From Gammaproteobacteria bacterium (GTDB lineage: Bacteria > Pseudomonadota > Gammaproteobacteria > Pseudomonadales > JADFDG01), in NCBI GenBank assembly GCA_046566505.1, contig JBKHWN010000178.1, positions 1 through 45,105 of the forward strand: 45,105 bases of DNA, in the 5' to 3' direction. The notes beneath the pieces were generated by a model. That model did no database searches, was not told the DNA's origin, and saw only the letters and a program-made list of their open reading frames with translations. Shown one piece after another: positions 1 through 10,453 of the stretch (positions are counted from its first letter, which is position 1; each line of letters begins with the position of its first letter). The position numbers were made by a program, and so were the translations under genes.

Positions 1-264
1 CACCTTTTCCCAGCCGTCGTGGTCGGCGAAGTGGCCGGTATCCTGCTCGCGGGCGATGGACCGGCCATGCCCCCGGTGGTCGAGTGCATGGACGGCGATC
101 CCGCGGGCCGCGAGGTGTTCGCCCAGCGGCGCGTAGCGCGCCCCGTGCTCGGCCATGCCGTGGGCAACCAGCAGTTGCGCGCGCGGCGCGCCGGCCGGCA
201 GCCAGGAGTAAAGCGCGATGACGTGGCTGTCGCGGCTGGCGAGGGTGTCGTGCGCGGCGGGCAT
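1..264 (-). CDS. alpha/beta hydrolase, lysophospholipase/monoacylglycerol lipase type (runs off the left edge)
   Basis: Manual translation from ATG at 264: MPAAHDTLASRDSHVIALYSWLP...LLVAHGMAEHGARY...HALDHRGHGRS...GHFADHDGWEKV. HGxxEH and DHRGHG are Hydrolase_4 motifs. Not in the ORF track because the stop lies outside the window. Confidence 0.85.
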   Translation of the reverse strand, partial: MPAAHDTLASRDSHVIALYSWLPAGAPRAQLLVAHGMAEHGARYAPLGEHLAARGIAVHALDHRGHGRSIAREQDTGHFADHDGWEKV

Positions 265-275
265 GATGGACTTCC

Positions 276-1583
276 TTATTGGACGAGCGGATTCACCGAG
301 ACCCGCAGGGGTGCCAGGAACTGCTCGGCATATTCACGCGGCGTCTGCCGGCCCATCTCGTCGTTGAAGGCCAGCGTGGCCTTCATGAAGAAATCGCGGC
401 CGATCGGCACGTCGTCCAGCGAAAAACCGACGTTGGGCCACTGGCCGATGAAGCGCTCGGGCATGTCTTCATCGCGACGGGAATCCTTGTAGACCAGCGA
501 CATCGGCACGTCGAAGCCCTGCTTGAACTCCATGCCGGCGAGCGTGATGAAGCCCTTGCCGGTGTCGTACAGCAGCCAGTTGCGGTCCTTGGGCACGTTG
601 CGCTGCATCAGGGCCGCTTCCGCGTTGTCCAGGCGACCGTCGGTGATGACCGGCTCATCGGGCCCCCAGGACGTCCAGAGCTTCCCGCCCTCGAGCCGGT
701 TGCCGTCGATGGCCATGCTGACCGCCGGCTTTTCGAGGACGGAAGAGGCGATCCCCGGAATCTTGAATCGCGCGTAGATCTCGGTTTGCCGCGGCTGGAT
801 GACGTAGTACATCACCACGGTCAGCACCGGTACGCGTGCAAACTCGACCTTGGCCCGGGCGAACACCTCGGTTTGCACCGGCCCGCGCCGGATCTCGATG
901 ATTTCGGTATTCAGGTTGCGGTTGTCGAGCGTGATGCGGTTGTTCTTGGTGAAGACACCGGAAGACAGTTTCACCTTCATGGTGTCGAGCAGCGTGCGCT
1001 TCTTCTTGCCGTCGGTGAGGGTGTAGGTGCGGAAGAAGAAATCACGCCACATGTTCAGGTTTTTCGGGTCGACCTCGAGGTCGTACCAGTCGGTGCCGAT
1101 GAGTCCTGCGCGCTCGTCGTACTTCACCAGCACGCGGTTGTTCTGCAGGAAGCCTTTTTCGGCGAGATACGCATAGCGCGGGCCGTCGGAGGTCTGCACG
1201 ACAATCTCGGCGAACAGCCGTTGCGGTGGCCGGGTCGTGAGGCGTGCGCCGGTGTCCTCCAGCTGGAAGATCAGCACGTCCGTCACGTCGAGCTTGTTCG
1301 GATCCCCGGGGGATGACGTGCTGTCGTCGGCCGCAAAGTAGGGAAAGCCCTCCACGGAGCGCTCCACGAACTGCATCGGAACCGCGCGGGGCCGTCCGCC
1401 GCTCACCGCCAGCAGGGTGAAGTTGCGCAACTCGACGCCGAGCAGGAAGGGCAGGTCCGAACCCGCTACCTGCACCAGGCGGGACTCTTCGGCCTTGGTC
1501 AGCGCATTCGCCGACAGCGGGGCCGCGCAGAGCATCAGCCCTGCGAGCAGGCACCGGATGAGTGGACGCATGATCGTGTTCAC
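276..1583 (-). CDS. hypothetical exported protein (about 431-435 aa, beta-rich)
   Basis: Long ORF with host-like codon bias. N-terminal signal peptide MRPLIRCLLAGLMLCAAPLSANA (start is ATG 1571 or GTG 1583). No family recognised. Confidence 0.75.
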   Translation of the reverse strand: MNTIMRPLIRCLLAGLMLCAAPLSANALTKAEESRLVQVAGSDLPFLLGVELRNFTLLAVSGGRPRAVPMQFVERSVEGFPYFAADDSTSSPGDPNKLDVTDVLIFQLEDTGARLTTRPPQRLFAEIVVQTSDGPRYAYLAEKGFLQNNRVLVKYDERAGLIGTDWYDLEVDPKNLNMWRDFFFRTYTLTDGKKKRTLLDTMKVKLSSGVFTKNNRITLDNRNLNTEIIEIRRGPVQTEVFARAKVEFARVPVLTVVMYYVIQPRQTEIYARFKIPGIASSVLEKPAVSMAIDGNRLEGGKLWTSWGPDEPVITDGRLDNAEAALMQRNVPKDRNWLLYDTGKGFITLAGMEFKQGFDVPMSLVYKDSRRDEDMPERFIGQWPNVGFSLDDVPIGRDFFMKATLAFNDEMGRQTPREYAEQFLAPLRVSVNPLVQ

Positions 1584-1622
1584 CGTGGGTTTCCCTGGAA
1601 GTTCCTTTGGCGGGCGTTGCGG

Positions 1623-2582
1623 TCAGACATTGGAATCGCCATCCCTATCCCGTGTCGTCGTCCGGGCCGCCTGTGGCGTGGTGCCTCCGGACAGGCGGTG
1701 CATTCCGGCGGACGAGCGTACCCCTGACGCCAGCAGCGCGGCGAGCGGCAGCGCCGAGGTGGCGTGGGGTATGGCGTCGCTGGTCCAGATCTGGTCGATG
1801 CCTGCTGCCTGCATGCCGTCGAGTGCGCCCTCGGCGAACAGGCCGTGGGTGGCGATGGCATGGACGGCAGTGGCACCGCGCGCGCGAAGCGCACGGGCCG
1901 CTTCCATCATCGTGTGGCCGCTGGCAATGACGTCGTCGACCAGCACGACGCTGCGTCCGGCAACGTCCCGGTCGGGCAGGGTGACCTGAACCTGCCGGTC
2001 ACCCAGGCGTTGCTTGCGCGCGACGTCGAAGGCATAGCCGCCGGGGCCTGCGACCCGGCTGACCCACTGTGCGGATTCCTCGTCCGGGCCCAGCAGCAGC
2101 GTGTCGCCGGCAACCTGCCCGCGCAGGAATTCACCCAGTTCGGGGGCCGCGCTCAGGCAGGCGGTCCGGCTCGCCGGAACGGCCTCGTCCAGCGTGGCCA
2201 CGCGATGCAGGTGCGGGTCGACGGTCACCACGGCATCGAAGGTCCCCGCCAGCAGGCGGCCGACGATGCGCTGGCTTACCGGCTGGCCAGGCTCGAAGGC
2301 AATGTCCTGGCGCATGTAGCAGAGGTAGGGCACGACCAGCGTCAGGTCGGCTGCACCGAGGTCGCGCGCGCCGCCGGCGGCAATCAGCAACTCGACCAGT
2401 TTTTCGTTGGGATGGTCGAGGGTGCGGAACAGCACCACGTCCGCGGGCAGTGCGGGCGGCAACTGCAGGCGGCTCTCGCCATCCGGGAAGCGGTGAACGT
2501 CGATGGTGGCATGCGTGCAGCCGAGTGCGGCCGCCAGGGCAGAGGATTGCGCGGTATTTTCGGGGAAGCCGAGGACGATCAT
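1623..2582 (-). CDS. ribose-phosphate pyrophosphokinase-like protein (atypical, archaeal-like PRPP synthetase family)
   Basis: Motifs [17 protein letters not shown] and the PRPP-binding loop [13 protein letters not shown]. Start overlaps the stop of the upstream phosphorylase (ATGA). Confidence 0.9.
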   Translation of the reverse strand: MIVLGFPENTAQSSALAAALGCTHATIDVHRFPDGESRLQLPPALPADVVLFRTLDHPNEKLVELLIAAGGARDLGAADLTLVVPYLCYMRQDIAFEPGQPVSQRIVGRLLAGTFDAVVTVDPHLHRVATLDEAVPASRTACLSAAPELGEFLRGQVAGDTLLLGPDEESAQWVSRVAGPGGYAFDVARKQRLGDRQVQVTLPDRDVAGRSVVLVDDVIASGHTMMEAARALRARGATAVHAIATHGLFAEGALDGMQAAGIDQIWTSDAIPHATSALPLAALLASGVRSSAGMHRLSGGTTPQAARTTTRDRDGDSNV

Positions 2583-4138
2583 ATTTCACCGTCCACGCGG
2601 TCGATGTCCTCTGTCTTGCCGACGGTAAAACCGGGATGGGCCGTGGCGTATTTCACGGCAAAACCGAAGTCGGCGGGGAACTCGGCATGGATGCGGTACA
2701 CCGGCTCGCCGGCCTCGACCGGGTCGCCCAGTTTCTTCAGCAGGTCCACGCCTGCGCCCTTGTCCATCGGCGCACCGGCAAGGCGCGCGACGCGCGCCAT
2801 CGCCAGGTTGTCGAAGCCGGTGATGACGCCATCCTTGTCGGCGACCACCTGGTGCATCCGGGTTCCCGGCGACGGGATGTCAGTGCTGCGGCCCTGGGCA
2901 TCGATGATGGCGTTGATCTTCGCGAGCGCGGCACCGGAGTCGAGCAGGTCGCGTGCGATCTCGTAGCCCTGTCCGCCGCGCACGCGCGGATCGAACTCGA
3001 TCATGCGGCCGGCGAGCTGCAGCGATTTTTCCCGCAGGTCGTGCGGCGCGTCCGGGTGGCGCTCCAGCACGCGCATCACGTCGCGTGCCTCCAGCGCCGG
3101 GCCGATGCCGTTGCCTATCGGCTGCCGGCCGTCGGTCATGATCACCTCGACGTGCAGCCCCATGCGCTCGCCGACGTACTCGAACAGCTTGCGCAACTGG
3201 TGTGCCCAGCGCAGGTGGCGCACTTTCGCCGTGCTGCCGATCGGGATGTCGATCAGCAGGTGCGTCGAACCGGCGGCGATCTTCTTCGACAGGATCGAGG
3301 CGATCATCTGGCTGGGCGAATCGATGCCCAGCGGGCGCTCGACTGAAATGAGGATGTCGTCCACCGGCGCCAGTTTCGCTGTGCCGCCCCAGGCCAGGCA
3401 GCCCTTTTCCTGGCGCACGATGTCGTGCAGATGATCCGGCGCCAGGTCGACCTCCGCCAGCACTTCCATGGTGTCGGCAGTGCCGGCCGGCGAGGTGATC
3501 GAGCGCGAACTGGTCTTCGGGCACAGCAGCCCGTAGGCGGCCACCAACGGCACCACGATCATCGAGGTACGGTTGCCCGGGATGCCGCCGATGCAGTGCT
3601 TGTCCACCACCATCCGCTCGTGCCAGTCGAGCCGGTGTCCGGTGTCGACCATGGCGCGGGTCAGCCACAGCACCTCGTCGCGGTCCATGCCGTTTTCCTG
3701 CGCCGCGACCAGGAACGCGGTGATCTCCGGCTTGGAGTAACGGTTGTCGACGATGTCGCGGGCGATGGCGAGGTAGTCGCCCTCGCCCAGGCGCTCGCCG
3801 TTCATCTTGCGGTGGACCAGTTCGAAGGAGCGTGGCGGCTCGGCGTGCGAAACGTGGACCGGGCTGCCGGCGGGCATGCTCATCTGGGCAAAACACTGTT
3901 CGGACAGGCCGATCTCGTCGCAGCCGACGATGTGGTCGTCATCGACCACGTTCAGCACGGCGAGTACCCGGTGGCCGTTGCTGGCGATCTCGATCTTCGA
4001 CAGCGCCTGGAAGCCCTCGGCCCGGTAGACGGCGCAGTCCCGGTGCAGGTAGGCGACGTTCTCGTGGTAGGTGTCGATGGCCACCCGCTTCAGGCGAAGT
4101 TCCTGCGGGGGCTGTGGTTGTTCGGCGCAATCAGGCAT
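2579..4138 (-). CDS. thymidine phosphorylase family protein, AMP/NMP phosphorylase type
   Basis: [12 protein letters not shown] and [20 protein letters not shown] motifs, plus an extra N-terminal domain of about 90 aa. These features mark the AMP-phosphorylase subgroup rather than DeoA (DKHSTGG). Confidence 0.9.
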   Translation of the reverse strand: MPDCAEQPQPPQELRLKRVAIDTYHENVAYLHRDCAVYRAEGFQALSKIEIASNGHRVLAVLNVVDDDHIVGCDEIGLSEQCFAQMSMPAGSPVHVSHAEPPRSFELVHRKMNGERLGEGDYLAIARDIVDNRYSKPEITAFLVAAQENGMDRDEVLWLTRAMVDTGHRLDWHERMVVDKHCIGGIPGNRTSMIVVPLVAAYGLLCPKTSSRSITSPAGTADTMEVLAEVDLAPDHLHDIVRQEKGCLAWGGTAKLAPVDDILISVERPLGIDSPSQMIASILSKKIAAGSTHLLIDIPIGSTAKVRHLRWAHQLRKLFEYVGERMGLHVEVIMTDGRQPIGNGIGPALEARDVMRVLERHPDAPHDLREKSLQLAGRMIEFDPRVRGGQGYEIARDLLDSGAALAKINAIIDAQGRSTDIPSPGTRMHQVVADKDGVITGFDNLAMARVARLAGAPMDKGAGVDLLKKLGDPVEAGEPVYRIHAEFPADFGFAVKYATAHPGFTVGKTEDIDRVDGEI

Positions 4139-4175
4139 GGGGCAGAGCGGAACGGTGGCCCGGGGTAGGGCGCGG

Positions 4176-4256
4176 AGTGTACCTGACTGGCCTGCCGGTC
4201 GCCCCCGGGTACTGGTGCGTGCAGGGCGTCTGCGTCAAGAACGCCGGTGCTATCCT
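4176..4256. promoter_or_regulatory. divergent promoter region: -10 TACACT for the phosphorylase (minus strand, 4176-4181) and extended -10 TGcTATCCT for hrpA (4248-4256)
   Basis: Sigma70-like -10 hexamers, each followed by a GC-rich discriminator, in a 127-bp divergent gap. Confidence 0.45.
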
Positions 4257-4265
4257 GCGCGCCCC

Positions 4266-7200
4266 ATGACGCAACCCACCCTGCCCGATTCCGCCGAGAC
4301 GGACGCACTGCTGGCCGGCTGCCTGCGCGCCGACCGTTTCCGCCTGCGCCGTGACTGGCAGAAGCTGCAGGAAGGCGTGCGCGGCGGCAGGGCCGTCGAC
4401 GCGCCATTGCGCACCTGGCAGGCGCGGCTGGCCGCATCGCAGGCCGCGCGCGAGGCGCGGCGGTTGTCGCTGCCGGTACCGTCGTTCGACGACGCGTTGC
4501 CGGTCTGCCAGCGGCGGGACGAGATCCGCGCACTCATCGCGAAACACCAGGTGGTGATCGTGGCCGGCGAGACCGGTTCGGGCAAAACCACGCAGTTGCC
4601 GAAGATCTGCCTGGAACTCGGGCGGGGTGTCGATGGCTATATCGGCCACACCCAGCCGCGCCGGCTGGCGGCGCGTGCCGTTGCCGCGCGCCTGGCGCAG
4701 GAACTCGGCACGCAGGTCGGTGCCGGCGTCGGCTACCAGGTGCGTTTTTCCGACCAGGTCGGCCCGGCCAGCCACGTCAAGCTGATGACCGACGGCATCC
4801 TGCTCGCGGAAATCCCGCATGACCGTTTCCTCGACAAGTACGACACGCTGATCATCGACGAGGCGCATGAGCGCAGCCTGAACATCGATTTTCTGCTCGG
4901 CTATCTGAAGCGCCTGCTGCCGAGGCGGCCGGACCTCAAGGTGATCATCACTTCGGCCACCATCGACCACCTGCGTTTTGCCCGGCACTTCGCCGATGCG
5001 CGGGGCAATCCGGCGCCGGTGGTCGAGGTGTCGGGGCGGACTTACCCGGTGCAGACGGTTTACCGGCCGAACGGCGAGGACGCCGAGTCGCAGGTGCTGG
5101 ACCTGCCGCAGGCCGTGCACCGCGTGCTGGAGGAGATCGTCGCCGACGAGCGCGTGCAGGGCCGTCCGGCGGCCGGCGACGTGCTGGTGTTCTGCACCGG
5201 CGAGCGCGAGATCCGTGAGGTCCACCAGTTCCTGCGCAAGGCGGCCCGGGGCATCGACGTGCTGCCGCTGTATTCGCGATTGTCGTCCGCCGAGCAGGAC
5301 AAGGTGTTCCGCCCGCATGCAGGCCGGCGCGTGGTGCTGGCGACCAACGTCGCGGAAACCTCGATCACCGTGCCCGGCATCCGCTACGTGATCGACCCCG
5401 GCTTCGTGCGCATCAGCCGCTACAACGCCCGCTCGCGGGTGCAGCGGCTGCCGATCGAGCCGGTGTCACAGGCCAGCGCCGACCAGCGCAAGGGGCGCTG
5501 CGGCCGTGTCGCCGACGGCGTCTGCTTCCGTCTGTACGACGAGACCGATTTCCTGTCGCGCCCGGCGTATACCGACGCGGAGGTGCAGCGCACCAACCTC
5601 GCTTCGGTGATCCTGCAGATGGCCTGGCTGGGCCTCGGTGAAGTCGAGGATTTCCCGTTCATCGACGCGCCAGAACGCCGCTACGTGCAGGATGGCTGGC
5701 GCCTGCTGGAGGAACTGAACGCTGTCGATGCACAGCACCGGCTGACGCCGGTCGGCCGCCAGCTCGCGCGCCTGCCGGTCGACCCGCGCCTGGGGCGCAT
5801 GCTGCTCGAAGCCGCGCGCAACGGCTCGCTCACCGAAGTGCTGGTCATCGTTGCCGGTCTCGCGGTTCAGGATCCGCGCGAACGGCCGCATGATCGCCAG
5901 CAGGCGGCCGACGAGGCGCATGCCCTGTTCGCGGACAAGGATTCGGATTTCCTCTGGTTCCCCAATGCCTGGCGAGCGTACGAGCAGGCCCGCCAGGACT
6001 TGTCGAATGCGGACCTGCGGCGCTGGACAGAGCGGCATTTCCTGTCGTTCCTGCGCCTGCGCGAATGGCGTGAGACCCACCACCAGTTGCGGCTGGCCTG
6101 CCAGCAGCTCGCGTTGCGCGAGAACGAGGCGCCGGCCGACTTCACCGCCGTGCACCGCGCGCTGCTGTCCGGCTTGCTCAGCCAGGTGTTCATGCGCGAG
6201 GAAGGACGTGACCCGGGTGACCGCACGCTCACCGGCACGCGCAACCGCAAGCTGCAGGTCTGGCCGGGCTCGGCACTGGTGAAGAAGGGTGTGCAGTGGG
6301 GCGTGGCCGCCGAAATCATCGAGACCCAGCGGACCTATGCGCGCACCGTTGCCCGCGTGCAGCCTGGCTGGATCGAGGGGCAGGCGCAGCACCTGGTGCG
6401 CCGTGAATATTTCGACGCGCGCTGGGACGGCAAACGCGGCATGGTCATGGCGCGCGAACAGGTGTCGCTGCTCGGCCTGCTGCTCAATGTCGGCCGCGAC
6501 GTGCACTACGGGCCGCTGGCGCCAGCGGTCGCGCGCGAACTGTTCATCCGTGGTGCGCTGGTCAATGGTGACTGGGGGCCGAATCCGCCCGGCCATGCCT
6601 TCATCGCGCACAACGAGTCGGTATCGGCAGAGGTCGAGCGCCTGGAGGCGCGGCTGCGCCGGCGCGACCTGCGTGTCGATGACGAGGTGCTGTTCGCGTA
6701 CTTCGATGCGCGCGTTCCTGCCGATGTGTTCAGCACCCAGAAATTCGCCGCCTGGTATCGGGCTGCCGCGAAACACGAGCCAAAGTTGCTGTGCCTGACG
6801 CAGCAGGACCTGCTGGCTCGCGCGCCCGACGATCCGGCCACCGGGGCGTTCCCGGACAGTGCGCCGGTCGCAGGTGCGACCCTGACGCTGGCGTACCGTT
6901 TCCACCCGGGCGCGCCCGACGACGGCGTGACGCTGGATATTCCCGCTGCCGTGCTGCACCAGGTGTCGCCGGGCCGGCTGGACTGGCTGGTGCCGGGTTT
7001 GTTGCGTGAACGCTGCATCGCGCTGGTGAAGTCGCTGCCCAAGGATCTGCGCCGCGCGCTGGTGCCGGTGCCGGACGTGGTGGCCAGCGTGCTGCCGCGA
7101 CTGGCGAGCGGGGACCGGCCGCTGGTCGAGGTGCTGGCGGCGGAATTGCGCCGGGTCTCCGGGCAGGACATCCGCCCGGCGCATTTCAACCTCGATGCCG

Positions 7201-8213
7201 TTCCCGCGCACTTGCGCGCCAATGTGCGGGTGACCGGCGAGGATGGCGCCGTGCTGGCCGAAGGACGGGACCTCGTCGCCCTGCGCGCGACCGTCGGTGC
7301 CGCCGCCACCCGCGCGGTGCGTGCCGAGGACAGCCTGGAACGGCACGGCATCCGCGAGCCGGACTTCGATCCGCTGCCTGAAATGGTCGAGCGACGGCAG
7401 GGCGAGTTGCTGCTGCGGCTTTACCCCGCGCTGGTCGATGAAACCGACAACTGCGCCATCCTCGTTTTTCCCGATGAGCAAACCGCGCGCGCCGAGCACC
7501 GTCGCGGCCTGCGCCGGCTGTTCCTGCTGGCCAGCGCCGCGGTGCTCAAGCCGATGCGTCGCGCGCTGTCCGGGTTCAACGAGGCGGCGGTGCGCTACCG
7601 CGCGCTCGGCACGGCCGATGAGTTGCTGGAGGATCTCTGGCTCGCCGTTGCCGACCTCACCTTCCTGCGCGAGGGCGACGAAATTCGTGATGCCGAGGCG
7701 TTCCGCCGACGCTACGAGGCGCGACGTGCCGACCTGCACGCCAATGCCAACCGGCTGGTGAAGGTGGTCGGCGATGCGCTGGCGCGCTGGCAGGACATCC
7801 GCCTGCGCCTGGAACGCCTGCCGGCGACGTTCGCCGCCAGCCGAAGCGACATCGAGGCGCAGCTGGCGTCACTGTTCAGCGCGCATTTCGTGGCAGAGGC
7901 GCCGGTCGAGTGGCTGCTCGAGTTCCCGCGCTACCTGCAGGCGGTGCAGGCACGACTGGAAAAGTTGCCGGGCCAGCCCGAGCGCGACCGCGCCCTTGCC
8001 GGCGAATTGCGGGCGTTGTGGCGTGACTACGAAGCGCTGGATGAGGCCCTGGCCGCCGAGGGTCGCCGCTCCGGGGAGTTGGTGTCGTTGCGCTGGATGA
8101 TCGAGGAGTACCGCGTTTCGCTGTTCGCACAGACGTTGCGCACGAAAGTGGCGGTTTCTGCACAGCGACTGGCGCGCCAGCGTGAGCGGATCCTGTCGGG
8201 CGGCCTTGCCTGA
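4266..8213 (+). CDS. hrpA: ATP-dependent RNA helicase HrpA
   Basis: GETGSGKT, DEAHERSLN, SAT and QRKGRCGR motifs, with the C-terminal EEYRVSLFAQ (DUF3418). Start set at ATG 4266 (MTQPTLP). Confidence 0.95.
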   Translation: MTQPTLPDSAETDALLAGCLRADRFRLRRDWQKLQEGVRGGRAVDAPLRTWQARLAASQAAREARRLSLPVPSFDDALPVCQRRDEIRALIAKHQVVIVAGETGSGKTTQLPKICLELGRGVDGYIGHTQPRRLAARAVAARLAQELGTQVGAGVGYQVRFSDQVGPASHVKLMTDGILLAEIPHDRFLDKYDTLIIDEAHERSLNIDFLLGYLKRLLPRRPDLKVIITSATIDHLRFARHFADARGNPAPVVEVSGRTYPVQTVYRPNGEDAESQVLDLPQAVHRVLEEIVADERVQGRPAAGDVLVFCTGEREIREVHQFLRKAARGIDVLPLYSRLSSAEQDKVFRPHAGRRVVLATNVAETSITVPGIRYVIDPGFVRISRYNARSRVQRLPIEPVSQASADQRKGRCGRVADGVCFRLYDETDFLSRPAYTDAEVQRTNLASVILQMAWLGLGEVEDFPFIDAPERRYVQDGWRLLEELNAVDAQHRLTPVGRQLARLPVDPRLGRMLLEAARNGSLTEVLVIVAGLAVQDPRERPHDRQQAADEAHALFADKDSDFLWFPNAWRAYEQARQDLSNADLRRWTERHFLSFLRLREWRETHHQLRLACQQLALRENEAPADFTAVHRALLSGLLSQVFMREEGRDPGDRTLTGTRNRKLQVWPGSALVKKGVQWGVAAEIIETQRTYARTVARVQPGWIEGQAQHLVRREYFDARWDGKRGMVMAREQVSLLGLLLNVGRDVHYGPLAPAVARELFIRGALVNGDWGPNPPGHAFIAHNESVSAEVERLEARLRRRDLRVDDEVLFAYFDARVPADVFSTQKFAAWYRAAAKHEPKLLCLTQQDLLARAPDDPATGAFPDSAPVAGATLTLAYRFHPGAPDDGVTLDIPAAVLHQVSPGRLDWLVPGLLRERCIALVKSLPKDLRRALVPVPDVVASVLPRLASGDRPLVEVLAAELRRVSGQDIRPAHFNLDAVPAHLRANVRVTGEDGAVLAEGRDLVALRATVGAAATRAVRAEDSLERHGIREPDFDPLPEMVERRQGELLLRLYPALVDETDNCAILVFPDEQTARAEHRRGLRRLFLLASAAVLKPMRRALSGFNEAAVRYRALGTADELLEDLWLAVADLTFLREGDEIRDAEAFRRRYEARRADLHANANRLVKVVGDALARWQDIRLRLERLPATFAASRSDIEAQLASLFSAHFVAEAPVEWLLEFPRYLQAVQARLEKLPGQPERDRALAGELRALWRDYEALDEALAAEGRRSGELVSLRWMIEEYRVSLFAQTLRTKVAVSAQRLARQRERILSGGLA

Positions 8214-8290
8214 CCTGCCGGCAGGCGGCAGGATGCGGCAAGCTCGCGTGCGCTCGGGGCGACCGGCAAGAACCCAGGGGGAAGATCAAG

Positions 8291-9187
8291 GTGGCTTCGA
8301 AGCGCGACGCGGAATCCCTGCTGGTGGCGGTCAATGATCGCGAGCAGTTGCACCTGCGGCATTTTCCCGGTGGTACGCGCCACACCACCGTCGTGCTGCT
8401 GCACGGGCTGTGCGGCGACGGCAGTCTCTATTCCCGCGACGCCGACTCCCTGGCCTCTAGCCTGGTTCGCGAAGGCTTCGATGTCTGGGTGCCGGACCTG
8501 CGCGGACACGGCCGCAGTTTTCCCGCGCTGGCCCCCGGTGACGAGCACGGGTTCCACGCGGCCGTCGTCGAGGACCTGGCGACCGTGATGGGCGAATTGC
8601 GGGACAAGGCACCGGAAAATCCTCTTTATCTGGTCGGCCACGGCACCGGCGGCCTGCTCTGGCTGAGCTTCCTCGCCCGCTGGCCGATCGTGCGCGAGAT
8701 GGTCCGGGGCATCGTGCTGGTCGGCAGCGGTGCGCACCTTGAGCCGGGTGCTTCCTGGTCCTGGCAGTTGCGTTACGGCTGGTGGGCGGACTGGCTGGCG
8801 ATGCGCGGGAAAATCATCCCCGGCACGGCGCTGAACCTCGGGCCGGGTGCCGAATCGGTACGCTTTTACCGCGAGATCCGCCGGATGCTGGCGAGCGCCT
8901 CGTGGCTCGACCCGGAAGACGGCCTGGATCACGCGGCGCAACTGCGCGAACTGCCCGACTGGCCGCCGACGCTGATCCTGGCCGCGGAGGCCGACGCGCC
9001 CTGGAGCGGCCCGCAATCGGCCCGCGCGCTGCAGGCCATGCTGCCGCCGCATGACGGCCGGTTGTACGTTTTCCCGCAGGCAACCGGTGTCCGCCTGCTC
9101 GGCCCGAAAACCGCGCTGGCCGGCGGGCCGGGCGGGCGCGAGGTGGAGTCGCTCGTGCTGGACTGGCTTGCTGCTTTCGACGGATGA
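8291..9187 (+). CDS. alpha/beta-fold hydrolase-like protein (nucleophile apparently absent)
   Basis: VLLHG and DLRGHGRS motifs; the nucleophile elbow reads VGHGTGG. Confidence 0.8.
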   Translation: MASKRDAESLLVAVNDREQLHLRHFPGGTRHTTVVLLHGLCGDGSLYSRDADSLASSLVREGFDVWVPDLRGHGRSFPALAPGDEHGFHAAVVEDLATVMGELRDKAPENPLYLVGHGTGGLLWLSFLARWPIVREMVRGIVLVGSGAHLEPGASWSWQLRYGWWADWLAMRGKIIPGTALNLGPGAESVRFYREIRRMLASASWLDPEDGLDHAAQLRELPDWPPTLILAAEADAPWSGPQSARALQAMLPPHDGRLYVFPQATGVRLLGPKTALAGGPGGREVESLVLDWLAAFDG

Positions 9188-9256
9188 TTGCGCCCTCTTT
9201 TCCGCCGGTGCCGCCAAATTGCTGCCGGCTGCCTTTGTTCTGAAGGGGACACGTCC

Positions 9257-10390
9257 TTGACCCAGTCACCACGCATCGTCATTTCCGGCACCGGCCTGTT
9301 CACGCCGACGCAGTCCATTTCCAACGAGGAACTCGTCGAATCGCTGAACGAGTATGTTCGCCGCCACAACGCACGGCATGCCGACGAAATCGCCGCCGGC
9401 ACGCGCGAGGCGCTGACCGGCTCCAACCCCGAGTTCATCGAGAAGGCCTCGGGCATCCTGTCCCGCTACGTGATCGACAAGAGCGGCGTGCTGGACCCGG
9501 ACCGCATGTGTCCGCGTATCCCCGAGCGCGCCGACGAGGAGCCGTCCCTGCAGTGCGAGATGGCCAAGGCAGCCGCCCATGAGGCGCTGGCGCAGGCAGG
9601 CGTTGCCGGCAGCGATATCGATGCCGTGATCGTCGCCTGTTCGAACATGCAGCGCCCTTACCCGGCGATGGCCATCGAAGTGCAGGCGGCGATCGGTGCC
9701 GGCGGTTTTGCCTACGACATGAACGTCGCCTGTTCGTCCGCCACCTTCGGCATCCAGGCCGCGTACAACGCCGTCCTGTCCGGCAGTGCCCGGCGAGTGC
9801 TGATGGTCAACCCGGAAATCTGTTCCGGGCACCTGGCCTGGGAAGACCGCGATTGCCATTTCATTTTCGGTGATGCCTGCACGGCGGTGGTCATCGAGCG
9901 CGACGAGACGGCGTGTTCGAACGAGCGCTGGGAGATCGTCGGCACCCGTTTGCAGACCCAATACTCCAACAACATCCGCAACAACTTCGGATTCCTGAAC
10001 CGTTGCGACGAATCCGGTATCGGCCAGCGTGACAAACTGTTCCGCCAGCATGGCCGCAAGGTGTTCCAGGAGGTGTCGCCACTGGTCGCCGAGCAGATTT
10101 CTGCGCACCTCGCCGATACCGGCATTCCGGTGGATGGCGTGCGCCGGATGTGGCTGCACCAGGCCAACCTGAAGATGAATGAACTCATCTCCCGGCGCGT
10201 GCTCGGGCGTGACGCGACCATCGAGGAAGCACCGGTCATCCTCGACCGTTACGCCAACACCAGTTCTGCCGGTTCCATCATTGCCTTCCACCTGCACCGC
10301 GACGGACTGGCGGTGGGCGATACCGGCGTGATCTGCTCCTTCGGTGCCGGTTACTCCATCGGCAGCATCATCGTCCGGCGCAGCCGCTGA
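9257..10390 (+). CDS. fabH: beta-ketoacyl-ACP synthase III (long, PA3286-like KAS III)
   Basis: Catalytic triad in [15 protein letters not shown] and YANTSSA. TTG start at 9257 follows a GAAGGGG RBS. Confidence 0.9.
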   Translation: MTQSPRIVISGTGLFTPTQSISNEELVESLNEYVRRHNARHADEIAAGTREALTGSNPEFIEKASGILSRYVIDKSGVLDPDRMCPRIPERADEEPSLQCEMAKAAAHEALAQAGVAGSDIDAVIVACSNMQRPYPAMAIEVQAAIGAGGFAYDMNVACSSATFGIQAAYNAVLSGSARRVLMVNPEICSGHLAWEDRDCHFIFGDACTAVVIERDETACSNERWEIVGTRLQTQYSNNIRNNFGFLNRCDESGIGQRDKLFRQHGRKVFQEVSPLVAEQISAHLADTGIPVDGVRRMWLHQANLKMNELISRRVLGRDATIEEAPVILDRYANTSSAGSIIAFHLHRDGLAVGDTGVICSFGAGYSIGSIIVRRSR

Positions 10391-10453
10391 CCTTTGCGCA
10401 ACACGGCCACAGTGAACAGCTCCGGTCATCAGGTTCCGTCGTTCCGCCGGTGC

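Noticed and set aside
1623-1720. About 30-aa C-terminal extension of the PRS-like protein as an extra domain
   Set aside because: Low-complexity and unstructured; more likely stop-codon drift.
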